Source of the DNA: Octopus sinensis
Lineage: Eukaryota
Assembly (NCBI RefSeq): GCF_006345805.1
Contig: NW_021828703.1
Coordinates: forward strand, 1 to 7,851
DNA: 7,851 nucleotides
Direction of reading: 5' to 3'
The translations under genes and the position numbers were made by a program. Positions 1 through 7,851 of this stretch are shown in pieces. Under the pieces are notes generated by a model, which had not been told where the DNA came from, did not search any database, and saw nothing but the letters and a program-made list of their open reading frames with translations. Position 1 is the stretch's first letter; every line of letters begins with the position of its first letter.

Positions 1-20
1 ACAAGAACAAAAAAGCAACG

Positions 21-330
21 ATGACAAATGATGATGATGATGGGGGGGGGGGGGGAGGATGATTATCATGAGAAGTGACGATGATTAGGAATAAGAAGGA
101 GGAATGAAGGAATCATGAGAAGTGAAGAAGAAGAAGAAGAAGAGGAGAAAAGGAAGAAGAAGAAGAAGAAGAAGAAGAAGAAGAAGAAGAAGAAGAAGAA
201 GAAGAAGAAGAAGAAGAAGAAGAAGAAGAAGAAGAAGAATGCATCCAGTAGTAGAAGACGAATAAGAAGATTAAATAGAAGATGGCGAAGAAGATATAGT
301 GGAGAATTATGAAGCAGATTAAGAGGAAGC
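21..330 (+). repeat. Purine-rich low-complexity tract with (GAT)n, poly-G and a long (GAA)n microsatellite
   Basis: Pure (GAA)n at ~153-239, poly-G at ~42-55, and degenerate GAT/GAA triplets on both flanks. It produces the poly-E/poly-K ORF 115..312. Confidence 0.95.
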
Positions 331-584
331 CGGTTTAGAATAATGCTTTTGTTGTTGATAGCGGTTATTTCTTTTTCTTATCAGGAACAATGGAATGCGT
401 TATCGACCAGACCCTTAGTTCTCTGTTGATTCTGGTTTCTTTGATGCCAACACTGTCGTGACGAATAAATGTGGATGCGAAGACGTTTGGTTATAATGGC
501 CGATCGATGCTCTGGAATCGGATGTTTGGATGATGAAAAATAAAAGTCGAAATTAAATTGATTTCTATCCAAGTGTTGTTTATT

Positions 585-647
585 GTATGTATGTGCGTAT
601 ATGTACATCGTCACACATATCCATACATACGCACATAGAAACACACA

Positions 648-723
<76 letters not shown>

Positions 724-795
724 GTATGTATTATATATATATATACATACACGCATATATATACATATATACTTACATACATACACATATCTATA

Positions 796-834
<39 letters not shown>

Positions 835-862
835 GTATGTATGCATGTATATATATATATAC
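585..862. repeat. Compound (CA)n/(TA)n/(TATG)n microsatellite
   Basis: (CA)n at ~641-685, then several (TA)n runs with TATG/TACA interruptions. Confidence 0.95.
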
Positions 863-1098
863 CCGCACAGACGCAAACATATGGGTGGATAGGTGCAGTG
901 GCATTGTGCTCTTCCTTATTTACAGTGTTGTTAGAAATGTATACAAGAAAACGAAAGGTAAGATACAGGAGAAAAGTTCTCGTAGAAGACACAATATTCG
1001 TTGCAGGAAAATAAATTATAGAGTTAAGCAGATGAGTTGGAAAATAATCTCATAGACAAATAAGTGTATAAAAGGGTGCATGTTAGAGCGAGATATGA

Positions 1099-1214
<116 letters not shown>

Positions 1215-1279
1215 ACCCCACCTTGAAGGATCACCGTTGTGCAGAACTTTAGTTTAATAAATATTTTGGCATCATTTAT

Positions 1280-1516
1280 TTCTTATTTCTATATTGCACA
1301 CAAGCGGCTAATCATAGAGGGGACAAACAAGGACAGACAAACGGATTAAGCCGATTACACTGACTCCAGTGCGTAACTGGTACTTAATTTATCGACCCCA
1401 AAAGGATGAAAGGCAAAGTCGACCTCGACGCTATTTAAACTCAGAACGTAAAGACAGACGAAAAACCGTTAAGCAATTTGCCCGGCGTGCTAAAGTTTCT
1501 ACCAGCTCGCCGCCTT
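1280..1516 (-). mobile_element. tRNA-derived SINE, family A, copy 1
   Basis: 1287-1516 aligns without gaps to 2301-2530 (hand count about 34 mismatches in 230 nt, ~85%). On the minus strand it starts AAGGCGGCGAGCTGGTAGAAAC (A-box-like) and has a mutated B box (GTTTAAATAGC) and an A-rich tail. Imperfect TSD: gcatcatttat (1269-1279) and gcctcatttat (1521-1531). Confidence 0.9.
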
Positions 1517-2184
1517 TTTCGCCTCATTTATAGGGTGATCTTATCCTCCTCCAATTTCTGCCCTTCTCATCCTCCCATAATTATTACTGTGTATGTATAC
1601 ACAACCAACTACTAACACTAATTCAAACACACACCAGAATTAACGTAAATTTTGTATCTTTTACGACAATGATTCGGACGCCGTCCGTATATGTTTTCCT
1701 ACTTGAAGGACGTCGCGCGCGATCATGTAGTAACGTGTAATTTCTTATGAGAAAGCTAAGACTTTCACTCAGTTTAGTGTTCTCTTGCTTCGCATCCGGT
1801 ACTCTTAATAATACTTTGTTGGGTGTATGAAATCGTAACTCCCTGCAGGTATGATATTTTCAGTCAGAAATACTTTGGCAAAGCTGTCGTATGTGAGACT
1901 TATTACACGTTGAAAATGCTAAACCGTTGTACCACACTGTAACAATTTTCATATCTTGGCATTTGAAGCAACTGGAGATACGATATTTTGAGCAAAAGAA
2001 CCGGCTATTGCAAGCAAAATTAAATATGAAAAAAAAAAACGCATTTGGCCAAATTTGGACATACGATAGTTTAACATAATAGTAACGATGTGTGTATGTG
2101 TGTGTGTGTCTTTTATTTATTCATAGTCATTCCAGTGAAGATATTCTGGAGTTCGCCTCCAAGTGTTCAGTCGTACACGTACAT

Positions 2185-2640
2185 ATTTTTCAGTTTGTTT
2201 CGTATTGCTTTGGCTTCTTATGTCTATCCGCTAAGTGATGGAGACTTAAACAAGTGAAGACCTGTATTTATTCGATGAGGGGTTGTAGAAGTATATATAT
2301 TTCTTTACTACCCACAAGGGGCTAAACACAGAGAGGACAAACAAGGACAGACTAAGGGATTAAGTCGATTACATCGACCCCAGTGCGCAACTGGTACTTA
2401 ATTTATCGACCCCGAAAGGATTAAAAGCAAAGTCGACCTCGGCGGAATTTGAACTCAGAACGTAACGGCAGACGAAATACGGCCACGCATTTCGCCCGGC
2501 GTGCTAACGTTTCTGCCAGCTCGCCGTCTTATAGAAGTATATAATTGTCCATGGGGCCTCGCAGGAGCTATGCTGTTTTGAGACTGAACCTGAAACTATT
2601 CGGTTGTCAATCAAAGTTCTTAACCACGCAGCCATGCCTG
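2185..2640 (-). mobile_element. Older tRNA-derived SINE (family B), split by family A copy 2
   Basis: The minus-strand head from 2640 reads CAGGCATGGCTGCGTGGTTAAG (A box TGGCTGCGTGG), with B-box-like GGTTCAGTCTC at 2580-2590. The sequence joined across the TSD resembles an abundant octopus SINE as I recall it. The left boundary is uncertain. Confidence 0.65.
2298..2531 (-). mobile_element. tRNA-derived SINE, family A, copy 2 (better preserved)
   Basis: Minus-strand A-box-like TGGCAGAAACGTT (2506-2518) and B box GTTCAAATTCC (2444-2454), followed by the core GTCGACTTTGCTTTTAATCCTTTCGGGGTCGATAAATTAAGTACC. Perfect 12-bp TSD tagaagtatata at 2286-2297 and 2532-2543. Confidence 0.93.
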
Positions 2641-2649
2641 TCCCTTGAG

Positions 2650-3160
2650 AGTGCGTGGAAGTGAGATAGATGGTTAAACAAATAGAATGAAAGACAGGGA
2701 GTAGAACATGTGACTATAACCAATGGAGGTATAAAAAGAATGGTGTACGTAAAGGAGGAAGATTGTTTGTAAAAGTGAAAGATAGTAAACAAGTGCTGGA
2801 GGAGGAGAACGGGAAGGATGAGTTTACAAATAGTGATAAAGAGAGAGAGTGAGTAAAAGCACCAGAAAGAGAGAAAGTGAGTAAGAGAGCGTGGGGAAGA
2901 TAAAAAGAATAATTGTGAAAGAGAGACACGAGAAGATAGTGGAACGGAAAAAACCAAGCTGTAATGACACAAAGAGAGGTAGAGAGAGATAAAGAGTATG
3001 TGTAAGAGCGAAAGAGAGAGAGGTGTGAGGTTTAATATAATTGGTACGTAAATGTGTGCGTTTGTGTGCGAGTGTATGTGAGTGAATGAGTGAATGAGAA
3101 ACAGAGAGAAATAGAGAGAATAAAAGAAAGAAAAGAGAAATGTGGCAAGAAGAGTAGGTG
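2650..3160 (+). repeat. GA/GT-rich low-complexity region (decayed microsatellite mosaic)
   Basis: Strong purine bias on the + strand with (GA)n, (GAGT)n and (GT)n remnants. It explains the Leu/Ser/Phe-rich minus-strand ORFs. Confidence 0.8.
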
Positions 3161-3270
3161 TCAACCGTACAATTGAGCCAAGGCTGCTGCCAAGTCCAAA
3201 CATCTCGTGTGAAACAGGAGAATATCATCCAATTTGTTAGCCAGCGTTGTTACACAGCAGGTGTAGTAAT

Positions 3271-3460
3271 TGGTGTTGTTGTTGTTGTTGTTGTTGATGT
3301 CGGTTGTTGGTAGTGGCGGTGGTGGTGGTGGCGGCGGTTAAATTATTCGTGTTTAGTACCATTATTGTTGTTGCTAGTAGCATCGGTTTTGTTAGTGATA
3401 TTGATATTGATGTTGTTCTTGGTGGTGGTGGTGGTGGTGGTGGTGGTGGTGGTGATGGCG
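3271..3460 (+). repeat. (GTT)n/(GGT)n trinucleotide microsatellite cluster
   Basis: (GTT)n at ~3273-3296, (GGT/GGC)n at ~3309-3338, and (GGT)n at ~3421-3453. Confidence 0.92.
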
Positions 3461-3815
3461 GGAATAGTGAGTTCTCTTAGAATCGGAGGCCAGTGACGTC
3501 AGATTTAACGGATTTATTGCCAAAAGACTCTCATTTAAGTTTCAGGAGAAAAAGTTTTCGCTATGCAAGTTCGGAAGTAATCAATTATAGAAAGCAATGA
3601 TGTTTCCAAAGAATAACGAACGACTCTGATATCTAAGCTTACATTATACTCTATTGGTTTCTGGCATGAACACAAGGCATCTGTTTTAAGACAGACGACG
3701 GGAAATGTAACTAAGTGACGTTCATGCTTTTCCCACGACAATGAACAGCAAGTGACTAGTTTATGGAATGGATATGATCTTTACATTGAATCACTGGCTT
3801 TATTTGTATATTTTT

Positions 3816-3860
3816 ATAATAATAATAATTGTTATTATTATTGTTATTATTATTATTGTT
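3816..3860. repeat. (ATA)n/(TTA)n microsatellite
   Basis: ataataataata followed directly by ttgttattattattgttattattattatt. Confidence 0.85.
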
Positions 3861-3866
3861 TTTAGT

Positions 3867-4098
3867 AAGACGGTTAGCTGGAGAAAACATTGGCGTGTTG
3901 AACAAAATGCTTAGCGTCGTTTCTCGTGGCACTCTACGAACTAATTTCAAATTCCGCCGATGTCGACTTTGCCTTTCATCGGTTTTCGATAAAATGAGTA
4001 CCAATTGGACACTTGGGTCGATGTAATTGATTTATCTTTTCCTTCAACATTCCATCCCTTGCTGTCTTTGTATCAAAATTTGGAACCACTATTATTAT
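3867..4098 (+). mobile_element. Diverged SINE related to family A, opposite orientation, different 3' tail
   Basis: Starts aagacggttagctgg (compare aagacggcgagctgg, the reverse complement of the copy 2 head). Contains ttcaaattccgccgatgtcgactttgcctttcatc (3946-3980) and gataaaatgagtaccaatt...gggtcgatgtaattgattta. After ~4034 it stops matching copies 1 and 2 and ends in (ATT)n. Confidence 0.85.
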
Positions 4099-4444
4099 TT
4101 TATATCGTTTATTCTGAAGAAGATGAGCAATGATACATTTTGCAGAAGCTCTAAGAACATTGAGAGGAAGCAACGATAGTTATTCTAAAGCAGGGAACTG
4201 TCCTAAATATTTGCGCTAGAAGAAATTCCTGTAAAGGCGCCCAAGAGATAAATAGTAATGGATCAAATATACAACGGAAGTTTACAATCAAAATTTGGAG
4301 TGTACCGCCTTCCTTCTAAACTGTGCAAGTTTAATTCTCATTTTATTTATTTTGGTACCAGTTTAATTTTCGGTTTATTTATAGAACTAAACTGACACAT
4401 CATTCATTTCTCTAGTTATTGTTATTATTATTCAGGATGTCTAT

Positions 4445-4660
4445 GTTGTTGTGGTTGATATTAAGCTCCAAGTGAAGTTTAAATGAATTGATCTGTGATA
4501 AAAGATATTTTAGTCGTGCCCCTTCGTTTTAGGCGTAATAGGACTATGTTATCAAATGTTTTCATTTCTTCATTTAAGTCGGTAAAGTGAGATCTGAGGG
4601 AACTTTCGCTTCTACACCTAACTCGGTCTGACATAGAATTTCCGTGTTTGACTCAATGAC
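4445..4660. repeat. Possible highly decayed interspersed repeat
   Basis: Starts after a gttgttgt run and loosely resembles an octopus interspersed repeat as I remember it. There is no second copy in the window to confirm it. Confidence 0.25.
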
Positions 4661-4937
4661 TCGGAACTGCTCTGGCATACAACGACTTTCCCTCATTTCT
4701 CGAAAAAGCAAGTTTCAAGTGTATGATTCTAAGGCCTAACACATCATACGTAAAGATTTTCGTTCGTCATAACCGATCAGAAAAGAGTAGACATTAAACT
4801 ATTGTGTATACCATTTCATAAGAACTGCTGAAATTTATAAATAGTTTCAAAACAGGAAATACTACTCAGCAGTTATATTTTCTTCTGTGATTATGATGGG
4901 ATCCACTTATTTCAATCTTAAATTTATCTGTCTACGC

Positions 4938-5120
4938 ATATATGTATGTATGTATGTATGTATGTACTATGTATGTTTGTATGTATGTATGTATGTATGT
5001 ATGTATGTACTATGTATGTATGTATGTATGTATGTATGTATGTATGTATGTATGTATGTATGTATGTATGTATGTATGTATGTGTGTGTGTGTGTATGTA
5101 CGTTTGTATGTATATGTATA
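4938..5120. repeat. (TATG)n tetranucleotide microsatellite grading into (TG)n
   Basis: Long TATG array with two identical 'tgtactatg' interruptions, then (TG)n. Confidence 0.97.
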
Positions 5121-5255
5121 TTTATCCTCACTTAAAAGTGGATGCTGCGTTAGAACAAAGAACTGCGACAGGTACCGGGAGAGAACCTCTCATATGGACT
5201 TATAGAGCATATACGCATTCGTGTATGCGCACACATATATGTATGTTTATATGCG

Positions 5256-5261
5256 TACACA

Positions 5262-5309
<48 letters not shown>

Positions 5310-5315
5310 TATATA
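5256..5315. repeat. (CA)n microsatellite
   Basis: Direct inspection of the sequence. Confidence 0.95.
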
Positions 5316-5359
5316 CGATGTCATGAATACCGAGCTAATACTTTGCATCTAAATCAAGA

Positions 5360-6010
5360 GTAATTTTTAAACATAAGCTTCAGTTTAAAAGTGATAATAC
5401 ATGGCGTCAGATTACGCCCAAGACACAAACAAATGCATTTACTTACATGACCGATAGCGAATGTTCACATGTGAACATAAAATGTCAAGAATCACTACTT
5501 CTGAAAGTAATTAGATTTTCTTCAGCAAACGATGCACTGGATAAAGAAATCCACATATTATAACATACCGAAATTAACAACGGATATTCAACCAAGATAG
5601 TAGACAGATAAATATACTTAGAAATTCAGTGCAGCATATACATTTTACAATACACAATTACAAATATATTTTCAAATGCTTACCATGTATAGAACCAACA
5701 AACACTATAAAAAGAAACTCAAAATTCGTCACACTAAACAAACAATAATAGTATATTACAAAAGCAGTAAAATCAAAAGCTTCCTTATCAACCACGTTGC
5801 AAATATGAAAGTCGGAAAGCAAACTCTAGGTGAGTAATGTCATTCATAAATTGGTCTGTAAATGTAAAAGCTGCGAACTTTACAATTCTGGATGGTACAC
5901 TGGTCATACAAGCACAACATTTACGCATAGACTCACTATGCATTTTCAATAGAGATAAATTGCAATTCTAAAAGCAATATGCTCATATCACAATACAAAG
6001 TAAACATTTG
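5360..6010 (+). mobile_element. Decayed Penelope-like retroelement: RT C-terminus/thumb, linker and GIY-YIG endonuclease
   Basis: Hand translation across frameshifts and stops gives, in order: FLNI (5364), TNKCIYLH..SEC (~5425-5464), LKVIRFSSANDALDKEIHIL*HTEINNGYSTKIVDR (5501-5608), IIVYYKSSKIKSFLINH (5745-5795), SNVIHKLVCKCKSCELYNSGWYTGHTSTTFTHRLTMHFQ (5833-5949) and AILKAI (~5962). These match the PLE pattern FLD / T..YL..S / L..NGY / NVVY...C..C...YIG.T...L..R..H / ILEA in the expected order. Confidence 0.8.
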
Positions 6011-6249
6011 CAAACAAACAAAATGCACACACTACAAAGAAGATAAACATGTGACTTATGAATTTTAACTCTTATAGCAGAAATATCTCTCAGATGACGT
6101 GGAGCTCCAATGGAATAATTCTAGCGGTAATTTCTACCCTACATTGTGCAGCAAAGTAGTCGAAAGATGTCAAAATCATTACACTTTACAGTTGGCAACA
6201 GACGATGAGTATATTCTAGAATGGAACATATACCTAAAATAATTAGTCT

Positions 6250-7704
6250 TGGATCTTCTAAGTGGAAAGTAGAAATACAAAAGAAAACGAATTTCTGCGG
6301 GCGGATGTGTCAGTTCTTGGTGGACTTGTTAGAGGAGTAAATGTTAAGACGAAAGAAGCTAGAAAGATCAAGTAAAAATATAAAATCAAAGATTTTACAA
6401 ACTTCCCTGCAACCGGGGAAATAATGAAACAACGAATACAACTGGAAGCCCAACGTCTCAGAAGGTATGACAAAAAAATAAAATTTTATCGACAAAACAA
6501 GGTATTCAAGATGGATGTAAATAAAGTGTATAGGGAAATTAGCAAAAGCAAGTTAGAAGCAGAGACCTAAGATTGACGAAATAGAAGAGTTCTGGAAGAA
6601 CGACAACAAAAAAAATATATAATGATGAAGCTCACTGGTTAGAAGGTGAGAAAGTGAGACTTTATGAAGTTGAAGAGCAGAAATGAGAGGCAATAGGAAT
6701 AGAAGAGCTAAGATGTATTCTTAGAAAGTCTCATAAATGGAAAACCCCAGAAAACCCCAGAACTGGGACGGATCCCTAACCTCTGGCTGAATCGTTTGAC
6801 AGAAGTACACCAACATTTTGCTGCATCCTTAACTGATGTCATCTAGAATCCAGAGCAAATATCTGCTTGGCCGACCGAAAGAACAACATAACTTTACCAA
6901 AAAATGAAGAAACGAAACAGCCAAAGAACTGCCGACCAATAACATGTCTTAACACCACCTACAAGATCCTCACATCGATACTAACAGACAGAATATACAC
7001 TTTCCTGGAGCAAATGTCTATCCCTCCACAAGCTCAAAAAGGTCGTAAAAAGAATTCTTATGGATGCAAAGATAATTACTCTGGAATAAAATGATTGTAG
7101 AGAATTGCAGGAACAAAAAGAAGAACCTAAGTGTGGCATAGATAGACTACAGCAAAACGTTTGACAACGTCCTACATAATTGGCTACTCAAGGCCCTTGA
7201 GATATATAAGATCCCTCCTGTTGTCTCCAAATGCTTACAAGGTAGCATGGCTAATTGGAATACACATTTCCTTCTATACCATAGTAATGGGATGAGCCAA
7301 TCTAACAACATCAACAACAAACAAGGCATCTTTCAAGGTGACTCTCTCTCACCATTACTTTTTGCATGACACTGATCCCACTCTATAACGAAACTGAGTA
7401 ACACCAGATATGGGTTCAAAGTGTATAATATTATAGCAAACCATCTCTTTTATCTGGACGATCTGAAGCTGTTTGTTAGAAATGAGGAAGAGCTAGTAGG
7501 GCTGTTAACAACTGTTAAGGAGTTGAGCAATGCCATCAGGATGGATTTTGGCCTTGATAAGTGTGCTAAAGCAACTTTTGTAAGAGGCAAGCTCAAGCAG
7601 ACAGCCTCCATTAAATTAAATACCGAAACCACCATCAAGGAGCTTCACTCACAAGAAAGCTATAAATACCTGGAGATAAACGAAGGAGATTGTATGCAAC
7701 ATGC
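6250..7704 (+). mobile_element. 5'-truncated, inactivated non-LTR retrotransposon, R4/Dong-like (RLE-type) reverse transcriptase
   Basis: Motifs across frames: QRLRRYDKKIKFYRQN (6451-6498), EEFWK, HKWKTP, CRPITCLNTTYKILT (from 6930), QKG..K.SYGCKD, *IDYSKTFDNVLHNW (from 7139), GIFQGDSLSPLLF (QGDSLSP at 7334-7354), NHLFYLDDLKLF (YLDD at 7451-7462), MDFGLDKCA and YKYL (7661-7672). Multiple stops and frameshifts. The clade call rests on recalled motif style. Confidence 0.9.
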
Positions 7705-7851
7705 TCATCATCATCATTGTTCGACTGTGGTCGAGACAATGGAATTTACCATGCTACGCCAGACTTCACGGTCCATCATGGCATTAGGGAGGTCCTGTTG
7801 CTGGATGCCTGTATCCCTGGAGATTACATTAGGGTAGGAGAGTGTGCGCCC
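7705..7851 (-). mobile_element. 3' end of an RTE-clade LINE (or SINE with an RTE-derived tail), running off the window
   Basis: The minus frame 7851-7714 is open: GRTLSYPNVISRDTGIQQQDLPNAMMDREVWRSMVNSIVSTTVEQ*, with an RTE-type C-terminal GR...D...AM.DR..WR motif. The stop merges into a (TGA)4 tail at 7705-7716. GC content rises abruptly at the junction. Confidence 0.8.

Noticed and set aside
115-312. Poly-Glu/poly-Lys ORF
   Set aside because: It is the translation of a (GAA)n microsatellite, with no coding evidence.
1287-2530. Direct repeats read as LTRs, a composite transposon or a CRISPR-like array
   Set aside because: Each copy has its own TSD and Pol III boxes. There are no TG...CA ends, no PBS/PPT, no internal ORF and no repeat-spacer periodicity.
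2440-2640. Genuine tRNA genes
   Set aside because: Only A/B-box-like heads are present. I could not fold a cloverleaf, and each head continues into a SINE body.
2607-3228. Hydrophobic Leu/Ser/Phe-rich minus-strand ORFs resembling membrane proteins
   Set aside because: They are a compositional artefact of the GA-rich plus strand; all three frames look alike.
3535-4173. Short ORFs at 3535-3741, 3756-4004, 3829-4026 and 3976-4173
   Set aside because: No recognisable motifs; three of them overlap the microsatellite or SINE.
4887-5326. (MYVC)n Cys-rich ORFs
   Set aside because: They are translations of the (TATG)n repeat, not a metallothionein-like protein.
6258-7638. Minus-strand ORFs at 6258-6473, 6310-6495, 7147-7329 and 7450-7638
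   Set aside because: They are antisense shadows of the decayed RT coding sequence.
6867-7837. Functional RT system (retron, DGR, group II intron or domesticated RT gene with a His tract)
   Set aside because: The motifs are non-LTR type and broken by many stops and frameshifts. The His run is the antisense (TGA)n tail of another element.

Overview
This is AT-rich eukaryotic non-coding DNA (intergenic or intronic), made almost entirely of microsatellites and retroelement remnants. The SINE families and microsatellite density resemble what I recall of octopus/cephalopod genomes; that assignment is inference. No intact host gene is supported, and most listed ORFs are microsatellite artefacts. 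In order, the window holds: (GAA)n, (CA/TA)n and (TC)n tracts; two ~230-bp minus-strand copies of a tRNA-derived SINE, both with target-site duplications, the second nested in an older SINE of another family; a diverged plus-strand relative with a different tail; (TATG)n/(CA)n tracts; a heavily decayed Penelope-like element (RT C-terminus plus GIY-YIG endonuclease) that the ORF track misses; a 5'-truncated, frameshifted R4/Dong-like non-LTR reverse transcriptase; and, interrupting it in antisense, the 3' end of an RTE-like LINE with an (ATG)n tail. I found no convincing new biological system. The most interesting points are the cryptic Penelope fossil with possible hammerhead relics, the nested insertions, and the inverted SINE pair.
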